From: Camelus dromedarius
Taxonomy: Eukaryota
DNA length: 64,000 bases
Direction of reading: 5' to 3'
NCBI RefSeq assembly: GCF_036321535.1
Contig: NC_087442.1
Span: 73,594,001-73,658,000, forward strand
The notes below the pieces were generated by a model. That model was given only the letters and a program-made list of their open reading frames with translations. It made no database searches and was not told the origin of the DNA. The position numbers and the translations under genes were made by a program. Positions 1-12,555 of the stretch are shown in pieces (position 1 is the stretch's first letter; each line of letters begins with the position of its first letter).

Positions 1-344
1 ATGTTTGAGACTCTCCAAGGAAGAACCCAGTGTGAATAGCTGATTAAATTCTGTGGACAGCAGTGCTTGTAAGAAATAAAAGGAATAACAGGGTATATGA
101 ACTCTATTATCAACTCTTATTTCTGGGAAAATGGCAAAATATGCAACCCTGCCAAGTATATTCCAGTTACCGTGATTCATCTTGGACACGAGTTAATCCT
201 CTAGCCCACAAATGTCCAGAGCCCAGATGACGTCTCTCACTTAATGTGAGGCCATGTTACTTAATGATTTCACTTTGTTGTGTGAAATCAAAATGCAAAC
301 ACTTAATTCCAAGTGGGAGACAACACAAAGTGGTAACCAGAATA

Positions 345-460
345 TTTGGCTTGGAAACCCGGGAAAACAACTTCTTACTTTCTTGCTTCAGTCTCCTCTG
401 CCCAAAAATATGGTGGTAAGTTAGATTATGTCCTAGGTCTCTCCAGCTCTAAAATGATGT
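345..460 (+). mobile_element. MIR3/MIRc-like SINE fragment
   Basis: Degenerate core plus the MIR3-type end ggtctctccagctctaaaatgatg. Confidence 0.6.
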
Positions 461-3029
461 AAATGGCCAATTGTGAGCCACAAAATTACAAATGTTGGTC
501 TAATAACAGTGTAAAACTGTGGCCTTTAGATAGAATGCCCAAATCAGCAAATTGGATAAAGTTCATTCATGATAAAGGGGTGTGCCCAGCAATTAACTCT
601 GGTAATCAATGTCCTATCTTCTAATAGAAACAGCTACAATAAGTTGAATACAATCTACTAGAACCAAAAAATAAATGCCAACAAAGGCACAGTCAGCTAA
701 TTTTATGACTTCTAATGAATATATACAGAAGAAACTACATTGCTGAAAAACAACAGCAAGCATTTAATTATCCTGGAGCATGACTTGGACACACTACACG
801 ACCACTACAATTGATTGAGGAAAGAATGATGGTTAAAGTTACCAAGCAAAAGGCAATACACTGAAAAGCAGTCAACTCCGAGGCCAGGAGGCCATGTGTA
901 GACATGCCCCTTGTTAATACTGATAAACTGTTACTAATGGAGCCAATTCTAAACTTTCAAAGTTATGGATCATTGCTCCCCAGGTCTAGCTGTGAGCAAT
1001 TTGTATTATAACTAATGTCCATCTTCACATTCAGACTTCTTCTTGTGCCCTCTCCCTTTCCTGATATTACAATAATTCCTCAGCAAATTCTCTGTCCTAC
1101 AAAGTTCCACTCTTCTTCTATGTCCATCCTGCCTCTTCTCTCTCCCATCACCACACAGACATATATGGTAAATCAGAGCTGCTGCTTCCAAGGTGTTTCT
1201 CATTTTGAGAGGTGAGTGTTCCACCAAGGCCAAGGCGTAAGTTATTTTTATAGAAAATGAACATGCAACACTAGCCTGCCTTCTTAATTCCATAATATAA
1301 CTTCTTTTAACGTCTTCTAGGGAACTGTAGGACATAGTTTTTATATCTATGAAAGTCATGAAAAAGCAATAAAGAGGCATTATAAATACCTAATCTACAT
1401 TGCATCCTATTAATATGTCATTGTGAAATACATGCTATCTAACAAAAAGTCCAGAGCGATAATATTCATTCTGAGAACATAGTATATGGCTTCTCAGCTA
1501 CGATTTAAAGTCTCCTAGTGAACAAATGCCATTTAAGGCAGTGTGGGTTCATTAGAATATTATTTGAGGGTGAATCATTTATAAGATCAATCTATCATTG
1601 CACTATGTATCATGCACCAAGCCTTGGGCTGCATGATAAATAGTACAGAAACATTAAGTTTGATGAATGTTTCTAATACAAATGGAGGAGAGGCCTTTCA
1701 AAGTGAACAGCATCTTAGTATGGGTTAACTTAGTATAGGTTGACTCCTGTCTCCCTGCTAACTCATGTCTCCAGGGCTCCTTCTGCCATAACTTTCTGTG
1801 ATTTTAGGTCATAAGTGCAATAATTTTTTTAAAGTCATTCTAGAAATATCACTGTAATATCATGGGAATTTAAGTCTACACAATAGCAAATGAGCATATG
1901 ATTTCTTTTGTCTCTGCAAAAAAAAAAAAAGGTGTTGCTTAGCACATGTAGATACAGCTTTAGATACAGCAGAAAAGTAAACACACAATTCCCTACTGTG
2001 CATGATAATTCACAGACATGAATGCTTTTCCTTCCAGTGATTTCCTCTTGACTTTTTTTTTTTGCACCAATAGCAGAATGCCTATTTCTGTATGTCAAAA
2101 AATAAATTTTATGCCTTTTTTCTATTCTTTGTAACTGTTTTTGCATACATACTTAATTAGATTTTATTATTTTGTTTGTATTAGTATTTTTTTCTGTTCT
2201 TAATTATTCAAGTTGGAAAATCGATATTTGATGTTTTGAATTGACAACCACATTGATAGAATTTGAATTCTTATGTTATTAACTATGTTTCCATTCTTTG
2301 TCTTACAGTCAGCTCTTTACTGGCCAAAATATACCCAATGCTATCTGTCCTACATGATTAAATAATACTTCACAGTACTTTTGGGAGTAGCTAAAATGTA
2401 TAATTTACCTGTACTTATTGGAGGATTAAATGTTTCTGCTACATAAGAAGTTTAATCTTAAAATGCCTGAATTTCATTCTTGACCTTAGTATTTCTATAT
2501 GAAAATTAAATGCCACTAATTTCTAATTTAAGAAAAACATTAGCATGTTTTTTACAACTTTTTGAGTGGGATTTTCTCCCCAACTTCCATTTCAAGTAAA
2601 TTTGCTTTGCTTGCCAATATGTAAGTGCCCATTGCATGTAATACTGTTATTGGATTAATAGGTCCCTTCTGATCCTTTAACAGATTAAAACTCTGTGAAA
2701 AGTGCCAAGAGTTTCCATACTGACTTTTTTTAATTAAAAAGAAAAAAAGAAACCTAAATGTGTTTTCAGTATATGAGCACTTACAGAGGTATTCTACCTT
2801 GATTGACCTGGAATTATGGTCAAAAAAAAGATACTGTTGTCTCATCTTTGCCTCTTTTTGACTATATTGACTTGTTCTTATGTGATGAAGTTCTAATTTT
2901 AAAAGCTTCAGTTGTTCCTTTAGCCTCTTTATACTATCATTCTGTCACAATCTTTCATAGGCAAATATGAAAAAGTATTCTTTACCTAGTACTTCCCTCC
3001 TTCCATATCCATCCCCTTGGTCTTCTGTA

Positions 3030-4030
3030 ATTTGGCTTCTGAAACCACCACGCTACCCAAGCTTCTGTCTCATCAGCACTGCCAGATCCAGAGGCTTTGC
3101 TGAGAGTTCATTGCTCTTGAACTCTCAGGAGTACTCAACGCTTTAGACGACACCCTCCTCCTTGAAACTCTGCTTTGCCTTGTTCTGTGACAGTGCTTAG
3201 CTGACCCTCTTCCTGCCTCCCCAATTGCTCCTGGCATCTGGTTTCCTTCTTTCTCATTTTCCCACTGACGTTGGAAATTACCTTTCATTCAGCCTTCTGT
3301 TTTTCCTTCTCTATTTTGTTTCCTGGAAGATCTCATGCATTCTCATCCTTGCTTAGCTACTTATTAGCAGTGTAATATAAGGCAAGTTATTTAGCCTCTC
3401 TGCACCTTAGGTTTCTCATCAGCAAATTGGAGAATTTGATGCGACAATCAAATGAGTTAGAACTTAGAAAGCACTTAAACAACCCTTGTCACAGAGTAAG
3501 TCATTTGTTATTAGCCATGATCATTATTTGTTATTTCATCATACTTAAAACTATATCTTCATCTTTGATTTATGTTTCCATATATTCAACTACTCTTAAG
3601 ATCTAATCAACAAATTACTCCATCAGCATCATCTCAAACATCAACATATCCAAAACAAAAGTCAGTTTCTGGGGCCATCTTTCCTTCTCAAAATAGCTTA
3701 TCCTTTCAAATGCCCTCTTTCTATCACTGATATTACCATTTTCCAGGTAATCAACAGACCATGGTAATTTAACATTTTTCTTTCATTGTCTACATTAAGC
3801 TTATTATTAAGCTTGTCAGATTTTCCTTGGTAATCTGTTTTTAATTCACTTAATTTTGTGACTTTTCAATGATCCACTTTGGTTGAGATCCTTGTCATCT
3901 CAACACATGAATTTGTCATCCAGATGTCTACTCCCAGCATCTTTTTTCCAATAAAACAAATCTTATAAACACCACTTTTAGTATGTCATAATCTACCCAA
4001 TGTTCTTCTGCTTAAGAAGTTGCAATCAAA
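3030..4030 (+). mobile_element. Old L2 LINE fragment interrupted by a MIR
   Basis: L2 ORF2-like motifs (ccctcctccttgaaactct, gatctcatgcattctcat, ctcaaacatcaacatatccaaaac) on both sides of the MIR. Confidence 0.7.
3372..3530 (+). mobile_element. MIR SINE inserted in L2
   Basis: Core ggcaagttatttagcctctctgcaccttaggtttctcatcagcaaattgg. Confidence 0.75.
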
Positions 4031-4299
4031 AAATCTAACTATACCAATAATCATTAAATAATGGAGAATGGTAGAGCTGATGTTTCCCTTAAAATATATA
4101 CTAAAAACTTAATTTCATAAATGGAAGCTTATTTTAATTAAGATCTGAGATGTATAAATACTTTTTATTTTTATAGAAGATTAATAAAATAAGCTGAAAG
4201 GATCATAAAAATGTTCCAACAAACACAAACATATCATACAAAAGGGCCAATGTTACTACAATAACTACTGCTACTACTATAATAATGATAATGGTAACT

Positions 4300-4495
4300 G
4301 AGATTACACTGTTATTTATGTTACACTTTACAAAATATTTTGACATAAAATATTATATGTTCTTCACAGTAATTCAATGAAAAGGGTATTAATAGTAACC
4401 CACTTTACAGAAGTAAAAACTGAGGTCAAGTTAAGCAGCTTACCAAAGATTACATACCAGGAAGAGATGGAGACAGAACTTGCCCTTGGGTCAAA
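4300..4495 (-). mobile_element. MIR SINE
   Basis: Reverse core cccactttacagaagtaaaaactgaggtcaagttaagcagcttaccaaagattacat. Confidence 0.75.
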
Positions 4496-5634
4496 TTCCA
4501 TGGCGCTATTAAAAGACCTCAATAATCAATTTTAATAACTTAATGAATTTTTAAAATTTGATAATAGCACCTAATGAATGCTGAGTGACTGAGTGAATGC
4601 CATATAGGCTAGACTGCTTCTAAAATTATTTAAATATAGTAAAATAAGATCATATAATATGAAGAAAACCTAGAACAATTGCCTAAATGCCAGATGTCTA
4701 ACAGCCCCTAAACTCTAAGCATAGACCTAAAGAAATTGCCACCTACAAGTGTTCTGTCTCTCAGATTTTCATGGACTTCATTATGACTATAGTAATGGAA
4801 CATGTAAGAGGGAAAGGTGTGGATGGAAGAAAAAAAGTGAGCATGGAGAATAAGGTGTAGAGAAACAGACTACTGCACGTTCATCACTATCCAGAAAGAC
4901 AGCATGTCCAAAACATGGGTGGTTCTGGCCTCACCCTGACTTAGCTACTTTTTCCTTAAAGATCATCTGCACCCTCTTGCTATAAGCCCCTACTCACTAA
5001 GCAGCCTTTTAATTTGTCCTTCCAAATACTTTGATAAACAGAAAGAGAATACCCCTCAGTGAAAATGGGATATGCCACTCTAAGTGAATAAGCTGGCAAT
5101 CTTGTTTTACACTAATCTCTCTGGCCAGTGTCTGAGTATCACTATGAGTCTGACCATCTCAGAGTGTCCTCAGAATGTCCAGAGAGGCTGAGAACCAGCT
5201 ACCTAGATCATAGTGACTCAACCACGATATTACCTTCCCAAAGAGGTCTTAGCGGCAACAGTCAAGCTTCCCTAAATCCCATCCCCATTAGAATACCATT
5301 GTCAATGAATTTTCTCATTGACATAGTGGGGAAAAATGCTAAACATTAGAAATGTATTGCATGAAACTACTAGTAATTTAAAATGAGGCTTGGTTCTGTT
5401 TGATCCAGTAACCTTGTTGTTCCCAGTGACCTGACTCAAATTCAAATGTTTTATTCTGTTATCCAAAATATTTCTTATGCAAAATCTGACATTATTTTAA
5501 CTATCCCTTATTACCTGATTTAGCTGTCTCAGGTACCTTGTTACTCATTAACTTATTTTTGGCCATCCTGGGCCCCTCTCTTCAAAGATGTCTGTTCTCT
5601 TTGCTCATTCTAGCCATTCCTGAATGGCATTTAA

Positions 5635-5900
5635 AATTTTTATTATGAAAAAATTATACCACATCTTTATTGTGGTATAATTCCTATACAGTAAACTACA
5701 CCTATTTCATATGTACAATTTGATGAATTTTGATAGATGTATACACCTATGAAACCACCACCATGATCAATTTATGGAAATTTTTAACCATATGCAAAAG
5801 TAGAGGAAACAATACAATAAACCTCCATGTACCATCACTCAGGTTACAAACTCTTAACCAGTCTGGAAGGATATTTTCTCCTTATCTGTGCTTAAATTCA
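5635..5900 (-). mobile_element. Nested L1M (L1MB/MC/ME-type) 3' UTR fragments
   Basis: An L1MB-type end (tttattgtggtataattcctatacagtaaactacacc...gaaaccaccaccatgatcaa) lies inside an older L1M end (atggaaatttttaaccatatgcaaaagtagagg). Confidence 0.7.
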
Positions 5901-8089
5901 TCAAGGTCCACCTCAAAGCTTGTGTCCTGTGATGAGATTCCCCCTTCAATAATCCAGCCCAAATTTGATCTTTTGCTTTCCTGACCTTTTATAGAACAAT
6001 ATTAATGCTTCACATTTTGTTGTCTAATGAAGTTCCTTCTGTTACTCTACTCTAGTATAAGCTCTCCAAATATAAAGGGAGGTGCTAAGTATACATACCA
6101 GCATCTAATATAACTTGAGTTTCACAATAGGTAATCTACACAACTAAACCTCAGACATTATCACTACTTGTCAAAAAAGGAGTAGAGTGTCTAGAAATGA
6201 ATAAATAATATTATTGCTGTAGTGCTGAAGCATATCTGCATCTACGTAAATTCATTAGCCAAAGGATCAGAAGCCATTTCTCATTTAAACTTTTTATAAT
6301 TAACAGCTTGTATAACAGTAATATAGGTAAAAATACTTAAAATACTTTTGTAATCATAAATAAAATTAGCCTTTATTTTATAAATATTGTCCTTTGAATG
6401 TAAACAGCATACAATATAGAGTTGACAAAAATGAACCTATGACTGGCATTTAAGTGTAAATGTTCTTTTTTTCTTTTCTTTACATGGGATTAATATTCAG
6501 GTAGCCCAATTGACATGGCTGATTGATTACAGAAGTTATGACGATGAAGCAAAATTCAATTTTCCTGTATGTACATAATGCTCTGGAAAGATAGTTAAAA
6601 CATTTGAACCTGAATTGGACTCATGTATCTCTCTATTCACTTCACTATTTTAAATAAGATTTAAAACTCATTGGTGAAATTATTCAAAAAATTCTCAGTT
6701 GCAAATTACTTGGTACTATTAATCTGCCTGTTTTATGTAAACATTATTCTTAAAACCATACCAATGACTTTCTGAAGCCTGGACTGAATTATTAATTCAA
6801 GATAGAACTGGCCTTAATGACAAATAGAACAGGCCATTGTGAACATGTGACTATGTGATAAATGAATGGCCCACTCATTCCACTTTCTCAGAACCTCCAA
6901 TATTTAGAATATCATTGAGCTTTTCAGCAAAGGAAGAATGCAGTCATTTGGTACTGAAATTAGTGCATAAAGCCATAATTTTACATCCTGGATATCTTCT
7001 GCATCAAAGCATTTTACTAATAAGCTTCATTAATATTTGGCAGTATGTCTTTTATTTAAATGACTTGATGACAGTTTCAACACTCTAGATAGCACTTTAT
7101 TTTATGCTGGTAGTTGGAAAGTGGACAAGAAACCCAGTGTCGACTGGTGAAGCAGTAGCCAAGTTAAAATGGATTTAAATTGAAGAAACAATGAGCTGAT
7201 CAAAGTGCTATTATTTTAAGTGCCACCCTCTAGGAAAAGTACATAATGCAACCCATATTCTACCATGAGACATAGTTTGCTTAAGTTCATCATTCACATT
7301 ACTGATGATTAGAGGGAAAGAAGGGGTTGTATGAGGAAATAAAAGAAAATCTGATTTGGGCTTGTTGCCCTTAGAAAGACCTGCTAATTAGCCTTTCAAT
7401 TAACTGAGGAGAAGCCTTTCAAGTCTTTGGTAACAATGAAGTGAAACTACATTAGCATATCCGCTTCCCCTCTGTTCAGCAAACGTGCATGGTTTTCTCT
7501 TTGTTACCACACCCATCCATTTGCAATAGGTATTTTCATACTTTCTGATTCAATGCATCCAAAATGTGACTTTTCTGCCTGAATTGTCAGTTCTCTGAAA
7601 ATCCAGGTCATTTAAGGTGATGGGTGGTAAGCAAAAGTTTTATCATATTGTTTCTGTTACCAACAAATATTGGTTCTTTCTTTATATTACATTTATTTGT
7701 AAATAATCAGAAATGTATTGCAGATTTAAAACAGTGTTTTAGCCTAAAATTCACAATTCTCTTAGTTTTGAAGTGACTGTATTACCAATCTGGAATGCTT
7801 AAAAATGGAGGGGAAAAAATGGGCTGAATGGCAAAGAAAAGGAACTGGTTATTCTCCCATATATATACAGGGCCATGGAGAATGCAATAACAGTGACTTT
7901 CAGAAATACTCCCTTTTCCTTGATTCCTCATTGTAAAGGAGGTTGGAGCTTATGGTAACTTTGTTACTTGGAAAAGGGGTTACAAATTCTGAGATGCTGA
8001 ATCCTTCTGAGGAGCTTGAGTAACTTTGTAAACTACCATAGAACATAATAGCAGTTTTGACTGGATAAGGTAAATCATGAAGTAACTCA

Positions 8090-8450
8090 CTTCCTTCAAC
8101 ATTCATCTCATTGTTTACTCAGCACCTGGCTCATATGATCAGGCCCCAGGCTACATACAGTGCTCTACCCTGGAGACTCAAAGTCATGTTCACTGCCCCT
8201 GGAGCTTTCTGTTCAGCAGTGGTGACAATACAAAGAATCATCAGAGGTGGGAGAAATGACATTTAGCTCACGGTTGACCAGGCAAGGTCTCATTAAGGCA
8301 GTATCATAGGAGTTGTGTCTTGAAGGATAGGCTTTTAAAAGGCAGAGGTGCATTCCAGATGGAGAAAATAAAATACACAAGATGAGAAAGTCAAAAAAGC
8401 ATGGAACATGTGAAAGGACTGTGAATAGTAGGGTTTGTCTATAATTCATG
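8090..8450 (-). mobile_element. L2 3' fragment
   Basis: Degenerate reverse L2 tail motifs. Confidence 0.55.
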
Positions 8451-8454
8451 AGGA

Positions 8455-9915
8455 TTCATTCAGTAAATATTTATTGAGTCTGTACTGTGAAGAAGGTTCA
8501 GTCCTGGACTCTCGAAATAAAGCAGTTAAAAACAAAATGTTGGCTCATGCACTAATGGAGCCAACATTCTAATGAAATGTGATAGGCAATTAAAAAAAAA
8601 ACAGATCTATAATATAATGCAGGTAGTCAGAAGTGCTGCCCTTTTCAAGCCATCTTGTTCTCCTTACTGATGGTCTCCTGGCGCTCATCAAGCGTGATCT
8701 TGCCTCAGGGCTTTGCATTTGCCATTCTCTCTGCCTGGAACACTCATTTTCAAGACATTCACAAGGCCCACTTCCCTCACCTCCTTCAGACCTCTATTCA
8801 AATCACCCTTTCTCAGGGAAGACTTTCTTATGAAGCAGCAGCCACCACTCTCTCACAACACATCCTAACCTGCTTCCCTGTTTTGATTTTCACCATGGAC
8901 CTATTTTCATCTGGCATGCTTTATAGTTTATTAACTCTCTCCCCCTGTGGAAGGTAAACACCATGAAAGAAAGGTATTTTTGCCTATTTTGTTTAATGCT
9001 ATCCTCTCAGCACCCTGGCACATTCAAGAATTATTTGCAGTATGAAAAAATATAATGAAAAATAAATTAGGGTTAAGGTGGTTTAAGTGAATGATGTGCT
9101 GCTGTTTTATGGGGAGATTGGGGGAGACCTCTCTAAGGAGATGACATTTGAATAAAAACCTGACTAAAAGGAAGAAGCAAGTCACATAACTGTCTAAGAA
9201 AAGAGCTTTCCAGGCAGAGGGAACAGCAGGGGGCAAAGGCAGGAACCGTCCTTGGCTGGAGTCAAAGAAGCTAAGAAAGAGAGTGATACAATATGTCAGA
9301 AAGATAACATGAGCCCTGCTAAGGATCTGGATTTTATTTTGAGTGAAAGGGAAAGCTACAGAGGTTTGGTGTTGTTTTGTTTTTAGCAGAGTGGTGATAA
9401 CAACATGTCTGATTTTTGTAAAACATCACCAGGCTCCAGTATGAAGAATAGACTGTAGCAAAGCAGAAACAGACAGACAGGTAGGAAGGCAGTAGTCCCA
9501 AGTAGTTTAGACTGGTGTGAGAGCAGTGGAGATATAAGATTCCAGATAGTTCTTGAAGGTAAGGTTAACAGGATTTGCTAATGGAATAGGTGGATGTGGT
9601 AAAAAGAAGATGTCAAGGAAAAATTCAAGGATTTAGTCTAGAGCAACAGTATAAATGAAGTTGCCATCAACTGAGATGGGGAAGACTATGAAAGAAGCAG
9701 ATTGAGCAGGGGGAGAAGGGGTAGAGATTAAGAGTCAGTTTTGAATGTGATGAATTTGAAGTGCCTTTTAGATATCCAAGTGGAGATACTGAGTAGGCAG
9801 TGGGATTTTTAGTCTGAATCTCAAGAGAAAGGTCCCAGCTATAAATATAAATTTGGAATTTATCAGTGTATAGATGGTATTTAAAATCATGGGAGTAGAT
9901 CAGACCACCAAAGGA
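8455..9915 (-). mobile_element. L2a fragment split by an opposite-strand L2a
   Basis: Starts with the reverse 3' terminus attcattcagtaaatatttattgag, breaks at ...agaagtgc(tg), and resumes at ~9040 (tatgaaaaaa...ccaggcagagggaacagc...ttgccatcaactgagatgggg). Confidence 0.85.
8638..9037 (+). mobile_element. L2a 3' end nested inside the minus-strand L2a
   Basis: gctttgcatttgccattctctctgcctggaa...cagcaccctggcacattcaagaattatttg. Confidence 0.8.
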
Positions 9916-10029
9916 ATTAGTGTTAATTAGAATAAAACCCCCTAACATTTGCATAGTATGTTACCATTTACCAAACACTTCCACATCGACTGGAAAATTG
10001 TGGGGGTTAAGATGGAAAATCTAAGATGG

Positions 10030-10270
10030 ACTTGAGAAAGAAGAGTGACGAAAGCCTAAGAATAATATGAGAGAGAATGCTGACTGCTCAGTGCTTTCCA
10101 GATGGTTGAATTTGGAGGATGAGGTTGTTAAAGACAATTCCAATTCCTTCATTTGAAGGGACTATAAATATGTGGAGGTTGGAAGGGGGCATAAAGAGGG
10201 ATGGTGATCACTATTATGTTGAATATGATGAATTTCTGATGCTTTAAAGATAACCAGATAATATAGGAGG
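10030..10270 (-). mobile_element. Degenerate L2 fragment
   Basis: Purine-rich reverse L2 motifs (tgttgaatatgatgaatttctgatgc). Confidence 0.5.
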
Positions 10271-10289
10271 AGGAGGGAGCTCTTTGCCA

Positions 10290-10548
10290 CAAAGCCAAGC
10301 CCTATTTATCCTTCGAGACCCAGTTCAAACTTTACTTCCTCCAGAAAGTCTCCTCTTGTCATCATCCTTGATCTGAGTCAGGGCTTTTCCTGTCTCCTCA
10401 CAGCTTTCATCACACACTTGGGGTTGCCTGGTTCTTTGTCTGCGTTCCACTGAGTTCCTTAACAAGAGGGATTTTATCTTTCATACTTGTGTCCTCAGCA
10501 CCTTGGACAGTGCCTGAGACACGTTAGGCACTGGATGCATGGATGGAT
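10290..10548 (+). mobile_element. L2b/c 3' end (contains an RE1 site)
   Basis: tatccttcgagacccagttcaaa...cagcaccttggacagtgcctgagacacgttaggcac...gatggatggat. Confidence 0.8.
10494..10514 (+). promoter_or_regulatory. Canonical RE1/NRSE (REST-binding) motif
   Basis: CTCAGCACCTTGGACAGTGCC versus consensus TTCAGCACCACGGACAGCGCC. Both half-sites (TCAGCACC, GGACAG), the 2-nt spacer and the terminal CC are intact. Binding itself is not shown. Confidence 0.7.
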
Positions 10549-10996
10549 AGCAGCAGTGAGAACCCAACTGAAGTTGTTTACGTTAGTTTACACTAAAGAC
10601 AACCAGTGTGGTTTTGTGAAGTTCAGAAAGAAGAGAGAGAGAGCATTAAAGGCCAACAGCTTGATCTCCAGTGGCATCTGTTCTGTATGAAGTGTTTTTC
10701 AGGTCACTGGCCACCAGATTGAGACATAGAAATGTGGAATATTTCCCGCACTGAAAGACGTGGTGACCAAATTAAGTTCCCTAGATGTTTTGGTATAAAA
10801 TTAAGTATTAAAAACTGTTTTTTGAAATATCTTCTCTGCTTTAAGACCGGGACGAAGGCATTTATTATAAAAATGAGAACTTTTCCATAGTCTACTAAAT
10901 TTGGCATCTGGATGAGTATGAACAAGAGAGGAAGTAAATTTAAAGTGGAAGACAGGTTTGATCGTCACTATACCACCAGCACAAAACGGAACTTAA

Positions 10997-11070
10997 TGCC
11001 TAAACAGAAACTTGGACTCTGGACCCTCAGATTAAAAAGCCCGTTGCTCTATTTACTGAGCTACCCAGAA
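10997..11070 (-). pseudogene. tRNA-Lys(UUU) pseudogene
   Basis: The minus strand reads TTCTGGGTAGCTCAGTAAATAGAGCAACGGGCTTTTTAATCTGAGGGTCCAGAGTCCAAGTTTCTGTTTAGGCA. It aligns end to end with mammalian tRNA-Lys-TTT (GCCTGGATAGCTCAGTTGGTAGAGCATCAGACTTTTAATCTGAGGGTCCAGGGTTCAAGTCCCTGTTCAGGCA). It has an extra T in the anticodon loop and degraded A and B boxes. Confidence 0.88.
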
Positions 11071-11179
11071 CAGGGTACAAACTTACGATGATTAGTAAGT
11101 AAATTTTTGAGCTCTAATGCAAGTATAGTGAATATAGGCAACAATATTGTATGATAATCATCAAACTTGCTAAGAGATT

Positions 11180-11272
11180 AATTCCTACCTTACAAAGTTA
11201 TAGTGGGAATTAATACATATCAAGTGCTAGTACAGTGCCTGACACAATACATTTTAACTGTCATCATCATCC
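11180..11272 (+). mobile_element. MIR 3' fragment
   Basis: cctaccttacaaagttatagtgggaattaa...agtgctagtacagtgcctgacaca. Confidence 0.65.
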
Positions 11273-11779
11273 TCTTCTTTGATCATTTGTGATAAGCACA
11301 CCTCCCAGCTGAGATCATACAAAAATTCACTCAAAAAGCAAGAAGTTTAATTTTGTTATTTCCCCCTAGTGGCTTTAGATAATGCTTTTAGTGAAGAAAA
11401 CCTGTAAATGCATAGCAAAACAGATAGAAGGTTTGTAAGGCAGTTACAGTTTTGTGACGTTTCCATGTAAAATATTTCTGCCGTGTCCCCTAGGGAATTA
11501 ATTCTTCTCCTGATGCTAATTCACAGCTCTGTGTGCACCATGGTTTAAATTTGGAAAGTGTAGAAAATAGCTTAAGCATATTAACTTTCCCCTCCACTTT
11601 TGGTGTCTTTGATCAGCAGCATATTGATTTCCACCTATGAATAAGCTTGATATTAATTACCTGTTGCCACCATGGGCTGTAGAGGACGTCTCCTAAGCTC
11701 TCTTGTTAAAATTTCAGAGATAGGGACAACTTGAAATTTCAAATTATTTATGATGATACTTTCAGCCTTTTTTTCATAA

Positions 11780-12072
11780 GAAGTCCTTAAACTTTTTGAG
11801 CCTTGATTGTCTTTAGCAATCTGGTGAGGACCGTGGAAACCTATTTCCTTCTTGGAATAATGGTTTTAAATGCATGAAATGAAATTCGAAACTATCTGTG
11901 ATTTCTATGGGTCACAAAATCATAGGTTGTGCTACACTACTGTTATTTGTTGCGAACGTGTATTATTGAAGGAAATGCTGTATTTCTGTTAAAGGTAACT
12001 GAAAATAAAGATTTAAAAAATTTTTTTCTCATCCAAGTTCACAGACTCCTCTGAATTTTATCCATAACCCAA
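11780..12072. mobile_element. hAT-Charlie DNA transposon fossil (Charlie4-like, subfamily uncertain)
   Basis: aatctggtgaggaccgtgg...tatctgtgatttctatgggtcacaaaatcatagg...catccaagttcacagactcctctgaattttatcc. Confidence 0.7.
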
Positions 12073-12209
12073 ATAATAATCCCTTGATGAAACAGAAAAA
12101 TTTTAGCCACTTTTTGATGAATATACTAAAATGCAAAGTTGCCATACTTTTTTGATGAATTATTTTTGTTTTTATATACATTTGAGTTGTGTTAAACTTA
12201 TTTTTGCCT

Positions 12210-12555
12210 TTTAAAATACTTTACTCACATTATAGAAAAACAGGAAAACAGAAAGACTTAGAGGAACCACCTGTAATACACCCATCTGCCATATTCTCTG
12301 CTAGCATTTTCATGTACTTCTTTCCAGCTATTTTGTAACTGCCATCATCAATATTGTGCATGCAATATTGTACCCACTTAAAACAGCCTTGTATCATGAG
12401 CATCTTCCATGTTGTTCTGCAGTGTTTACAGCCACAGTTTTCATGATGGGGTGATACTTCTTATCCCACTTAGCCATACCCTTCTTACTGGGGAGCAACA
12501 TTTTTGTTGTAATGAGCAGCATTATTTTGTTAATGAGAAGTTTCTGTATGTGGTA
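12210..12555 (-). mobile_element. Old L1ME/MC 3' UTR fragment
   Basis: Degenerate L1M 3' UTR motifs. Confidence 0.55.

Noticed and set aside
9006-9026. Second RE1-like sequence ctcagcaccctggcacattca
   Set aside because: Only the left half-site matches. The GGACAG half is absent.
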